A stretch of DNA of 63,355 nt, filler included, from Choristocarpus tenellus KU-1152 (Eukaryota > Protista > Phaeophyceae): the NCBI GenBank assembly GCA_964200185.2. It is 12 parts of 12 records of this genome, joined end to end, with 100 filler letters (N's around TTAATTAATTAA, not from the genome) between each part and the next. Parts side by side here need not be neighbours in the genome. Positions count along the whole stretch, not along the records: positions 24,979 to 28,788 come from CAXNAD020017796.1; positions 28,889 to 33,273 come from CAXNAD020014799.1; positions 33,374 to 37,789 come from CAXNAD020014659.1; 9 more parts are not named here. The stretch is one strand, 5' to 3'. Positions within the stretch are counted from its first letter, which is position 1. Every line of letters starts with the position of its first letter. The notes below the pieces were generated by a model. It searched no databases, was not told the DNA's origin, and was given only the letters and a program-made list of their open reading frames with translations. Positions 25,440 through 36,834 of this stretch are shown piece after piece. A program made the translations under genes and the position numbers.

Positions 25440-26960
25440 TGACACTAAAAGGTTGTTCACCAAAATCTCCAGCGGAATGGGGTAGCCTACACGTATCTAT
25501 AATTCCGCCTCCCCGAAGCCCACCAAAACTCCATTCCAGAATGCTATTTTGCCGCATCGAGCAGGTCATTTGGGGGGAGCTTGCCCGTCTTTTCAACCTT
25601 TTCCTTGCTAAGATGGGAATTTTCAAGACATCGCCACCCTTGGAACCCAGTAAGTCATCGTAGACTGTGAAAAGGCTCTGCCAGACATGCTTTAGTGTCT
25701 CCCAGGGGTACACATCAAACGCCTCCATTGTGGCCTCCACCAGGTCCTCTGTGTTGGTCACCCCCACGGCTTCCTTCAGTTACTGGATGGAATGAAGAAA
25801 CCAAGGTTGTTGACGTTGAGGTTAGGCGAGCTGGTTGGCTGGGTCTCTATGACAATGTCGTCCCCCACAGCCTCCTCAATTGCCTCTATGACTTTCCCTT
25901 GGTGTGTGACTTTGCCCCATCTTGCTGTACAAAGATTGTGTGTCCTTCCAGCCTAGGCATAAGGCCGTGATTGGTGGGATGGTGTCCTCAATCATGAGCT
26001 TCTTATACCTGTCCCCGTTCACCATGGCTGGCACAAGCACCTTGGTGCCCTTGGGGCGGTGTTTGCTGGAGTGCTGAGTAACCACAGTGTCCACAATCAG
26101 CCAGATCCCAATTTGCGCATTGACCACACTCCGTTGGAGAGCTTCCCGGGCACAATAGCTACAGAGAACATGATCTTCATAATGGAACACTTATTCTGTG
26201 CCTGTGGGGGTTTGGGGGGGTCCTCAGTGGGGTGCAGGTACATACCTTGCCCATCTTTGAGGATGTAAAACCACTTCTTGTCCACATGCACCCCATCTTA
26301 CAGATCGTCCACAAATCCCACTTCTCCTCCTGTCTGTGTGGCTGATGATGAAACCCACCCTGTTGACTTTCTGCTGGTCTGAGGGGACTAGTTTATTCCA
26401 CTGCTTGACCTTCACCTTCTCGCGTTTGCACAGATCCCACAATGAGGCAAGGAAGCCCCCAGCTTTGGCTACCCATTTGTGGAAGGGCATGCGGTGTACC
26501 AATGAGACATACCTAAAGTCGAGGATACTTGTACAGTGGCCGCTGTACATGGTCCTTGCATTGACCCTGTGCAATCTGACCGTCATACTCTTTCAGATGA
26601 CAGAACATAGCGATTCTGGAAAATTCCGAAGTCCTCCGCAATGGCTTCTGCCGTCCCCTGAGGCACCAAAGTCTTTCATCCTCTCGCCTCCAGGCATTAT
26701 GCCACCACAGTGTTCTTGATCAAGGTGCTTGAGTCCTGACCCCAGAAGATTTCTTGGTCGAAGAATTGGGACCAATGGGTGATGACAGGATGAATGAGCC
26801 ACTTGAACGAATGGGGACCTTTGTCCTAGGCATCCCAATGAACGCCCACTTTGACAGTTTCACGATGTTTATTGAACCCTGTCAAATGCAATTTGGTCGA
26901 CTTTGCACTGGTGATCATCCACAGTCATGACAGCCCACCATCTCAAACTTTGCACACCTC
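25440..26960 (-). mobile_element. Mariner-type (plant/oomycete DD39D-like group) transposase pseudogene
   Basis: Frameshifted motifs HVDKKWFY, KIMFSVA, KLGSG/IGIW, FVQQDGAKSH, QPTSSPNLNVNNLGFF and DLVEATMEAFDVYP occur in the canonical order. Confidence 0.88.
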
Positions 26961-27984
26961 CAAATCTATATGAGAACTAATCCTTGCCCTGAGGGTTTTT
27001 CATGCTGGTCATTTCTGGGCGAGAATGGACCTTGCAAAAGTTATGTTATATATAGTTCTGAACAAAGTATCAAACTCGAGATGTGCTTTGTGTACTGGCC
27101 TCAGCAGGTTCTTGTGTATATTGGTTGGATTATGTTGGTGAGAGATGAAAAAACAAGACAATTCCGATGTTGTTCAACATGAACCTGACACCTAACCTTA
27201 AAAAATGTTGTAATCCACAACCAATTACGACAAAGTCTGTCGGGTCAGTACGTAGGGCATTAACCTCCTTTGTTATCCACCCCCTAAGGAAAAAGTACTC
27301 AAATCCACAATACAATAGACGCACAGATGTTAACAATTTTAGTACACCATGCAACAGAGGCCACATTGTACACATGTGTTTGGAGTACAGTGCGATGAAG
27401 TGCCCTATTTTGTTTGATTATGCTCCGAGCATGTATTCCTCCTCCCTCTACACCCCCAGTGTTTTCGGTTTTTGAAAGACCCTCACAGAGGATCGTTGAT
27501 TTTGAAGAAACCTACTGGGGTTGATCCTTCTGTTCTCAACAAAAAGAAATCAAGCCACAAGAAGTGCTTCTGAAATATGAGCCTCTCAAGGACAAACAGG
27601 CCTTGAATATTTCCGGGTGCCCCTGGCGCACCAGCAACAGAAACAAGCAGATGGGTGGGGAGAAGGCAGGACTACTTCGATGAATTTTCCTTCCTCTCTC
27701 CCCCCCGCTTCCATTGGATCCCCTCACAACCAAACTGTGACTTCAAGCCTTCGTGATATGCTACAATCGAGAGAGAGTTAGAATTTGTCGTTGAGTTACG
27801 TAAAACCCTGGGATCATTTTGTTGCACTTCAGATCAACTTTTTGTGCAGCGCACACCAGGACATCGAAGGGAATTGAATACATGGAAGCAAGTCCTTATT
27901 TCAAGTCCACAACAGCAACTAGCCCTCAACCTCACCCTCTCTCACGGCGCTCCCACCAGAGAGAATGGTCCTAAAATATGCACA

Positions 27985-28788
27985 CTATTTCTCTACAATC
28001 GGCTCTCCTCCATCAACACCAACCCCAAGCAATTGATCGTAAAAGGCCGAGATCAACGGCGCTACCTGCTTCCTACTAGGCTTCGAGTTTGACTGCACCC
28101 AGTACGCAACACAGCCTGCATCCCTCTTTGCCGCCAGACCTCCTCCTCCTTGTTCTACACTCCCTGCTCCCGAAACCACCTCATCCTCCTCAGAAGGAAG
28201 GGGAGGGCCTTCCTGTAGACCCAAGAATTCCCCCGTGCTTCCAGTAAAAAAATTGGAGAGTGCCTTCAGTCGCACAGGATCGACTGAATACACTAGCAGC
28301 TCTCGGCTCAGTTTCTTCTTTTCAGAGATCGTCAACGACATCACCACCAGAATGTCCAGGTTGCGGGAATGGGCGAACAATTCCATAGCGAGACCTGCAC
28401 CACGCTTTCTCGCTAACATTTCAATGGTACAGAGGACTGAACTCATCCCAAAGCTAAGAGAGTTTCCATCATCACTCCTGCGGACACCATCATGGCCTCT
28501 ATCTGCTCCTATGTCCTCCGCCCCCTGCCCACCTCGACCCACACTCATGGATGGTACGCAAGTGGGGAAGAGCTTGTAATCATATCGGAGGGCATCTTTT
28601 ACGCTGAGCCCAGCCCAAAAAGAAGGCTCAAACTTTGCATTTCGGAGGGCTTCATAAAGACCGGGGGTGTCTGCAGGGGAAGCAACATTGGGATCAGATG
28701 ACAACGACTTCTCCACCCCGGTCATGGCATCTATCCCTTGTCTGCTAGCAAGTCGGTGGCGCAGCTCTTCCACCACGGCATTATCACG
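27985..28788 (-). CDS. PPX1: Exopolyphosphatase PPX1/PRUNE family, C-terminal DHHA2 domain; 5' end truncated by contig end
   Basis: LRNAKF...LSVKDALRYDYKLF, FGMSSV, LDILVVMS, RELLVYS and WVQSNSKPSRKQVAPLI are characteristic PPX1/PRUNE motifs. Confidence 0.88.
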   Translation of the reverse strand, partial: RDNAVVEELRHRLASRQGIDAMTGVEKSLSSDPNVASPADTPGLYEALRNAKFEPSFWAGLSVKDALRYDYKLFPTCVPSMSVGRGGQGAEDIGADRGHDGVRRSDDGNSLSFGMSSVLCTIEMLARKRGAGLAMELFAHSRNLDILVVMSLTISEKKKLSRELLVYSVDPVRLKALSNFFTGSTGEFLGLQEGPPLPSEEDEVVSGAGSVEQGGGGLAAKRDAGCVAYWVQSNSKPSRKQVAPLISAFYDQLLGVGVDGGEPIVEK

Positions 28789-29786
28789 NNNNNNNNNNNN
28801 NNNNNNNNNNNNNNNNNNNNNNNNNNNNNNNNTTAATTAATTAANNNNNNNNNNNNNNNNNNNNNNNNNNNNNNNNNNNNNNNNNNNNCCACGCTGTTCT
28901 TTGTCCTTCATTAAAGCACCATCCAAAAGCCGCGGGTCCAGTGTGGGATAATTCAACATATTGCACACTAGCAAGTGATGTCATACAGAGCAGCAAATCG
29001 TTGAGATAAAATCAACAATGAAATATGCCTAACATACGCAAAAAAAACAGATAATGTCAATGAGATAGAGTCTTTGCTTGGTACTCTATTTCCAGGAAAT
29101 CAACTGTTACTCTGAAGTACAAGCTAGGAGTAATGGTGAAAGGCAAGGGGTCGAAACAGGCATTTTGCCTTTAGAGACGTTATACACAAAAATTTTGGTC
29201 AGAGGTCAATTCATTGCCATTAGAGTCAAGGGGTATAAATTATGAAATTACTTCCTTACATAAAATATAATGGAGGTACTACTTTCTTAAAACTAAAAAA
29301 AAAATAGGGAAAGAAACGACAATCACAAAAAAGAAAAGCACACTCCAATGGTTGACCTAAATGTCACCATAGGATCCTTCCGAGCTTTGCCATGCCCCAC
29401 CCCAATCCACTACTATTTCATCTACTCCACAATAGTTTTTAAAAATCATATACTCTGTCTACCCTCAAGGTCATGCTTGTCTCTTTCACGAAAATCCAGG
29501 CTGCCCCCCCCCATAGCATAACCAAGCAAATATGCATACATCAAGCATTGCTTCGATGTCCATGGGGTATAAAATCCTGCACCTCAAACAAAACAACTCC
29601 TACGTTTCTGCTGTTCAGTGTCCAACTCTAAGAGGAAGCGGCCATTTTTCGATCATGCTTTCCATTAACTTAAAATTGCCGGAATATATAATGGGACAAT
29701 TGGCTATGGCGGTTTGCAGTATGGATGCATCCTCTTGGCTCCATATTTTATAGGCCACTCAAGTTGGTGGAAATAGTATTTAGAAC

Positions 29787-30030
29787 ATGTCTAGTGCCCC
29801 TCAACCCTGGCAGGATCACCTTTCAAGTACCAGGGAGAGTGACAAGGACAAGCTCTTCGTTCTTATGGACGCAAATATCCCCACTTGGAAAGAGAGGGGA
29901 GGGAGGGAAGGATCACAATGGCAGAATTTTGGAGGCGTACACAGGAGATATGTATTAAACAGCAATGGCCAGCATCTGATGTTTGCAGCGATGAAGAAGA
30001 CTTACACTTGTTGATACGTTTCTCAGGGTA
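29787..30030 (+). pseudogene. Degenerate APE endonuclease of an RTE-clade LINE
   Basis: LFVLMDANIPT...LNSNGQHLMFA...DTF matches the RTE APE motifs GDxNA.vG...N.NG..Ll.F...NTFF. Confidence 0.65.
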
Positions 30031-30475
30031 CTGTACTCTATGGGACAGGCTCCATAGATAGTTTATTCATCTGGAAGGTAGGGTACAGTAGAGCGAAAAG
30101 CACCACTACTAGTAACCCATGGTATGGCTAGACAATTCCAACTGTTGTGCACGGTTTTCCAATGTCTCCACAGTTACCAATAGCAAATTATTAGGGATTT
30201 CCGATGGTAGGGTTGAGGTATAGGCAATCAGTGAAAAAGGTAAAGGAAAAAGAAGCCGTAGATGAAAAGCACTACCACCTCCCCCCCCAAAAAAATTAAA
30301 GGAACAGAAAAAAAAGACAAAAGATAAAAAAATATCAACCCAAAAAGATAGTACAGTAAGAAACCTGAATGCAAAAGTGATGTTGATGTTGGTGACTTGG
30401 GCCATCTTAGCTGCTGCTTAGCATGGCGTACATTATTATCTACCAATCTTCCTTGGAATGCCACTCTGCCATAAA

Positions 30476-30639
30476 GGTCCAAAATATCTGGGGGGGAGGG
30501 GAGGGGTCTACACCGGGGTGTCCATTTGGGTCAAAACCATGAAAAGTGCACTTTCATTATCCATCCGACTTATGGAACCAAATCACCAAAAAATTGGCCC
30601 CAAATGGACAGCTGCCACCCCCCCCAGATACTTTGAGCC
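30476..30639 (+). mobile_element. MITE family A, full copy
   Basis: GGTCCAAAATATCTG ... CAGATACTTTGAGCC, flanked by AAA/AAA. Confidence 0.92.
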
Positions 30640-30799
30640 AAATCTCGTTGCGCTAGTAGCCACATAGTCATGCCGCCTCTGTTGGAGAGTAGCCTTTGTG
30701 CATCAGCCCTTCACTGCAATCTCTTATGTTTTTTTAGGTTGTCTGACACTACAATAGATAGCACATCCTAGATAAATGTCACTTGTTTCCCTTTTGGGA

Positions 30800-31131
30800 C
30801 TGAGCGGTGGAGACAGTAAGTGTGGAGTCAAGGGTTGAGCAAAGGGGGACCAAGGAGGAAGTTGTAGAAATTGTCTCTTCTTCAGAAGATGACACCTCAG
30901 ATGTGGATGCTCACGTGGACAACGAGGGGGGAAGAGTCTTCTGCAGTTAGCAGCACGACAGCAGGGTCAGAGAGATCTACTTTCGCTTCTTCTCAACTCG
31001 GTTCAAGGGGCAGTGCAGCAACCGTGACTATTATTAAAGACCAGCAACCTGGGAAAGTCTGCCACAAGTTCGTATATAACACTAGAACATGCCACATCGT
31101 ACCATCGTTTTGTAAAAATTACCATCACTGA
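30800..31131 (+). pseudogene. Frameshifted acidic ORF ending in a CCCH-like zinc finger
   Basis: ETVSVESRVEQRGTKEEVVEIVSSSEDD, then a frameshift, then CHKFVYNTRTCHIVPSFCKNYH (C-x9-C-x6-C-x3-H). Confidence 0.4.
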
Positions 31132-31385
31132 AATGAGGTGTGAAGTCAGTATGTGACGAGCCTTGCGTACTTTGAACTAACTGCTTTTTCCACAACAGGT
31201 CTTGGGATCCCTGGGACTAATGTATGATGAAAGATATTTGATACTAACTTATAAAAAAAATGATATTACGATGCAATAGAGTTTTTTCAAGCCATGGTCA
31301 AGATCATGTTTCATACAAGCACTGGGCACATCACAGCTACAGGCATCCGCCATCATGTAGATCCTTTGTGTACCATCATCCTTAC

Positions 31386-32971
31386 CTATCCCTCTGATGG
31401 GTAGAACTTTGAACCTTTTCCACCGAAGGATAGGGAGGGGGTCTTCCTTCGTTCTCCAATTTCTGCACCAGAAAGGATTCATCAAAGTGGTTGCCTGCCT
31501 CTATCATGAAGGACCTGCTGCAAGCCGCTGCAACCTTGAAGGTCAGAAAGGAGGGAAGGGGACAGCACTGCTTTTGTCATGGCACATGACATATAAAACC
31601 CTTCTGTTTTGACCAGCAGTAGCTACAAAATTGGTACAAAATTGGGAAAAGAACCAAACTGAGACTGCCACCCTGAACGAAGAGCTGGTCAGGTGGGACA
31701 ACCGTATGGCAGTGTGAAGTTGGGTTCCTTAGGGGATGAGGCGTGTACTCCACATGACGTCATCAATATCTCTCCCAGTCACAACAAACCGAACTTTGCC
31801 ACAAAATAATGACCTAATCAACCTAAGGGGAGAAACATACACCTTTTCCAACGCATCCGATTCCAGCGGTTTTAGTCCCATGAAATTAGCGATCCGGGGC
31901 AGCATGCTCCTCAGATCTTTGCAGATGTCCTCATATATCAAAATCTCGACCTGTGATGCACGAAAAAAATCAACGGGAGACGGGGGGCAGAATATGGAGA
32001 CAATTTTACACATTCTTCTCATGCGGTGAAGGTATCACTATTAGGTTCCCGTATTGGGGCTTCAAGAACTCTACACTCTGTCAACCATTGAGTAGAACGG
32101 CTGTGTCAGTTTTGTCACTGCCTGAGAAAACAGAGACCTTCCCAAATGTCATGTAAACCCACCCCCCAAGACTTATAGTATGAATTCAATAAATATTCTG
32201 AAGGTTCAGCAGGCAGCAAACTTGAAAATATTTTCCAGGTTTGATGACTTTCTTCTCTCTTCCCTTGTCACCATTTTTTCACAATTGCCACGTGGTAGAC
32301 CTGCTAGTGCAACATGAACAAGACTACCACGGAATGAACTTGCTCAACGAAAAAAGGTTCCTTTGTAAAAAATCAAACCAACTATTTTTGACATACTCTG
32401 AGAGTGAGCTCTCATACTCTTGTTGGGCATTACCTGTGGTGAGTGGCGGCAGGTCCAGAATTCCAAGTAGTAGTCCTGTTGTCAACAGATGTGGTCAATT
32501 GTTACAATAGGGTTATAAAGAGCGCAATTATAGAGTTGAGAGGGGCTGTTGGATGTAAGGGAAAATGGTTGGTCACATTGAGTCTAATACACAGGGCATT
32601 CTTTGGAAACGGACACTTGGGATGCATCTTTCAAGTACGATAGGATTATAGACTTCCGAACAGGTGATATCTCTTACTAATATTCAAAAGAAGCATTCCA
32701 GCAATACTTCGAACCAGTATTAACAAATAAGGATGTAAACCAGTTGCAAGTGATAGAGGTATAATAGTTCAAACAAGCAAACTGTTCCTAAATGATCTTC
32801 CTACCCCAAACCCTTTATTGTGATAGCTCCACGACAAAAAAAACAAGTGCATTTCTCACCCATATAGTGCCACCAAAAGGATTTGCCTCCATCACTATGG
32901 GATGGGAAACAAAATCTTCTATGGTTCCTGATGCAGCTGATGGATGGCCCCGACTCTTTTGGAAAGACCAC
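31386..32971 (-). CDS. Sulfotransferase (Sulfotransfer_1-like), internal exons 32860-32971, 32434-32475, 31843-31950, 31386-31534
   Basis: In-phase GT-AG splicing gives WSFQK...IEDFV...PFGGTIW|DYYLEFWTCRHSPQ|VEILIYEDICKDLRSMLPRIANFMG...LEK|VAAACSRSFM...FDE, the typical W..r...vl.l.YEd..D....i..iA.FlG segment. Confidence 0.85.
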
Positions 32972-33251
32972 CTGTGGAGGTGGTAGTTAAAATAAATTGA
33001 CAAAATAAAACCTTGCTAAATTAAAACAGGTGTTTAGACTATAGTCCTGTTTCTGCCTCTTCACACACCAAGCAAACCACTGCCAACGACTCTGGAGCAG
33101 CTGTGCTGTAATGGACATGACAAAGAGATGAGCAATGAACACGCTACATTGTGTGATTCAAAACAGTTACGATTGCAGCCCCAACATAGGGTGCTCCATT
33201 CATTAGACTGCAGCATACAATATACCTGTCGTATAGAGCTCTACCTATTGA

Positions 33252-33273
33252 GACCCAAAATATTTAGGGGGGA
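33252..33273 (+). mobile_element. MITE family A terminus at contig end
   Basis: GACCCAAAATATTTAGGGGGG. Confidence 0.65.
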
Positions 33274-33386
33274 NNNNNNNNNNNNNNNNNNNNNNNNNNN
33301 NNNNNNNNNNNNNNNNNTTAATTAATTAANNNNNNNNNNNNNNNNNNNNNNNNNNNNNNNNNNNNNNNNNNNNCTGCACGCACACA

Positions 33387-33405
33387 TAGGGTTAGGGTTA
33401 GGGTT
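33387..33405 (+). repeat. Short interstitial (TTAGGG)n
   Basis: TAGGGTTAGGGTTAGGGTT. Confidence 0.85.
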
Positions 33406-33895
33406 GGTAGGGAAGATGACGCACTGTAACAAAAAAAGAAAAGTGAAGAAACGCCTGCGCCAACAGGTCTAATGTCCTTGTCTCTCTCTCTCTCTCTCTC
33501 TCTGTTACGTTGTGTACGTGTGTGTGTACCCGTAGGTGAGGGGGGTGTCTATGATCAAGTCCGACTGTCTGTCTAACCCCCTCTCCTGCCATGTTTTTTT
33601 TTTTTCTCTTTTTATTGTGCGGTCAGTTACTACAGTGGAGAGACAGTTACGTGGTGGGAGTCTGTAACCTCCCATCCGGATGCCACTGCCATACCGGTAT
33701 GTTGTGGAAGGAATTTTTAAAGTAATGGTTAATGTGTCAAAGTGTTGTATGCAGAGTGTGTTGGGTGGGTGACCGTGGTAGTGTATGCGATGCGTGTAAT
33801 CAAGAGTCTGTAGCGCCATCTATTATATATTTTTTATTGTTTTGTGTTTAGATTTGTCAGTAGGGGTTACGTTTTGTATTTTATTTTTGGTGCAG

Positions 33896-36834
33896 GTGCT
33901 GATGCGCGCGCGGTAGGGTAGAGGTAGACTGGCTATCTGAATTCAAGATTTCTTTTTGTTTGTAAAAAAAAAATATGTAAGTACGAGTTGAATTGACTCG
34001 AAAGAGTGCTCTCGTGGGGTGGCAAAGGTGAAGGTTTTGTAGTGAATTGCGTGGGGTTGCATACACGCGCAAGAGGGTAAACCACTAATTGAAAGCTCTT
34101 GATCGATCTTAGGCGATGTGAATCGACTCACTTTAAGCATTGCGATGCACAACCCTAACCCTTTACATCGACTGTTTTGTTTTGTAGTGCTATATTAGTT
34201 GCTGTTTTAGTTGGCATCGATTGAACCGTTGACTGTCCCTCGGCCCTGAGCTAAGCTTGAGAGTGGGATAAATAGGAACGGAAAAAATACGAGATTATTA
34301 GGGTTTATCGCCTTACCAAGAGATATCAAAACCGTGGTATGATTTTTTAATATCTTTCATTCTTGTTGTAGAAATCTTCCTCTCTTTTTTTCTTCTCCTT
34401 GCTCCCAAAGCAATTTCCACGCCTCTACTTTCCCCTTCCACTTCCCCTTCCACTTCCCTTCCCCATGACATTCTTGCGTCACCTTTTTGCCTCCTTTTTT
34501 TCTCCAAACTACTGCCTCCCAGGTTTCAGCAAACCTTAGGGAGAGGGTGATGGCGTCCCCTGTGCAGTGTGCGGTGACCTTGCCAGACAGTGCTGAGAAC
34601 ACTGCCGTGCTTGAGAAGGCTGCTGATGACCTGGTGGAGAGATGGCTTGGTGTGTGTGTGTTTTGCTGTTTTTGTTGGATATGTATGTATTTTTTTACAG
34701 GTTTGTGTGACCTGAGTCTGTATGAACATATACACATCAAAGTGAGTGAATGGGAAATGGATTGTGCTGCCACAGGGCGCCACAGGGCACACTACATGGC
34801 AGACTGTATCCGTGTGATGCTGTGTTTCATCAATATGGTTATTTCTATGGAAATATAGAGGTTTGGGGAATAAGATATACGTATGTATCCACCCCAATGG
34901 TTAAATGCCATAGTTAGGATATTTCTATTGGTGTTCATGTTACCTTTGGCATTACATATCCCCTTCTATTTGAAGCAAATACCTCCCTATGTTTGTTTTT
35001 TTTTCATGCATGTTATCAGTGTGTAAGTTGCGTGTGTAGTTGGAAATGTGTTGAATAAGTAAGGTCAACTCCTTGAGTGATACGACGAGAATTGATTAGG
35101 TGTCAGCGATTATTAGAACGAGATGCGGTCTTCATAGGTATTTACTTTACTTCATAGGTATGTACTTTACTTCATAGGTATGTACTATACTTCATAGGTA
35201 TGTACTTTACTTCATAGGTCTGTACTTTACTTCATAGGTATGTACTATACTTCATAGGTATGTACTTTACTTCATAGGTATGTACTTTACTTCATAGGTA
35301 TGTACTTTACTTCATAGGTATGTACTTTACTTCATAGGTATGTACTTTACTTCATAGGTATGTACTGCATAGTGGGATGCAATTAACTTGAGAAGGACAG
35401 AAAGGGGGATAATGCTATCTGTACTCTGAGTAGTCAGCAAAACGTCCTGTTGTCTAGTCCGAGGCAAGAAGTGTACGAGTGAAATAGGAGCATGGATTTA
35501 TCTGATTTATCTAGTTTGGAGTGTGGGATTTGGAACCTGTCGTAGAGGACCCCGATTGGCCTATGATGTGCTGCATGTAGGAGATAATGTGTAACACACA
35601 CAAGAACAGTAGTTGTTTGTCTGTACTTCTTTTGCTGGATGTACCTCATACCAAGACATTGAAGGCGGTGTTGCAAGTATACGTTAATACTGTGTAGTGT
35701 TTTTTTTTTGCCTTGTGGAATATTCTTTGCGTTGATTTATTGTACTGAGGGTCCCACTTTCTGCTGTGGTGGTTTAGGGTTAGGGTTAGGGTTACGGGTG
35801 TTTTGTACCGAGTTATTGTTTGTAACTGTAATTGTTGTGAATGGGTTTGGTTTTTAATACTTGTTGTGATTGGTGATGGTACCTTGATTGCTGAGGTAAG
35901 TGATCCAATTTATTGAAAATATATAGTACTCAAGAGTATGTGCTATTGTTCATGCCAATGCTTTGAAGTAGTTAGGAGTAAGATCGAGGGGGGGGGGTTA
36001 GTCAGACAATTTGCAATACATTGGACTGAATCCTGTGGACTGTCTCAATGTTAATCAACAACCAGGCCATGCTATAAATGGTGCTCGTTGCCTTCGAGAG
36101 ATAGATAGCTATGAGGGGGTAAGATAATTTGTAGGCTGTCTTGATTTTTGAGAGAGATACAATTGTTGCGATAGAGAGGATTACCAACGATTGTTGTCAT
36201 TTTTACCTCGAGAAGACTTCGTTCTTTTGATTTATTTATTTATTTTTATTTTGGACAGGAAACTCGTGAGTTGATCATGAGTTGATCTGGTTGAGCTAGA
36301 GTCAGTCTACACGCCCAACATACATGAATATATGTGATCTTATCCACACTCTAACACTCATTCCAGTACCCAATTGTACCCACACGCAAGCCATCCTCAA
36401 AATATATTTATATTTTATTTATAGAATGTTCTGAGTAAAAAGGTGGAAAAATCAAAATATATATACATATATATGTATATATATATATTTGTTTTTTGAT
36501 CTGGTGAACGTTTTCGACCCTGCCCTTCGTTTTTTTTTAAATTATTATTTTAGACGTATTTTTATGCCGTACATGCCCGTTCACTTCCTTTTGTTGTTTT
36601 GCTGATATGTTTGTTGATGTGTGATGTTTGATGCATGTTCATCACTCTCTCTGTGTGGTGCTATATGTAGGATTCATTGAAGAGGCCACAGAGATTCCCC
36701 GTGTTCGGAGGGGTACCATGCTTGGTCGGGACAGTGAATTGAGGCGCAACTATTGGTTCTACACCAAGGAGGATCCTGTGCTTGGGGATAGGGGACCGGA
36801 GATCGCTGCGGCAATGGCTGGACCAGGCGATCAG
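33896..36834 (+). CDS. Possible red chlorophyll catabolite reductase-like / ferredoxin-dependent bilin reductase family protein, C-terminal exons (33896-33912?, 34523-34649, 36671-36834)
   Basis: In-phase splicing gives VSANLRERVMASPVQCAV...AADDLVERWL|GFIEEA...MLGRDSELRRNY...DPVLG. This resembles the RCCR-type vS.sl.vR...SP...W(L)...l..RD..lr...DP..fG pattern. The exons are solid; the family call is by eye. Confidence 0.5.
35130..35366. repeat. 20-bp minisatellite, about 12 copies, intronic
   Basis: Unit TTCATAGGTATGTACTTTAC recurs every 20 bp from 35131 to 35351 with single-base variants. Confidence 0.97.
35774..35798 (+). repeat. Interstitial (TTAGGG)3+
   Basis: TTAGGGTTAGGGTTAGGGTTACGGG. 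Confidence 0.88.

Noticed and set aside
27489-27573. Possible terminal exon ending KKKSSHKKCF*
   Set aside because: No upstream exons or family could be linked to it.
35130-35366. Possible CRISPR array
   Set aside because: Head-to-tail units with no spacers and no cas genes.
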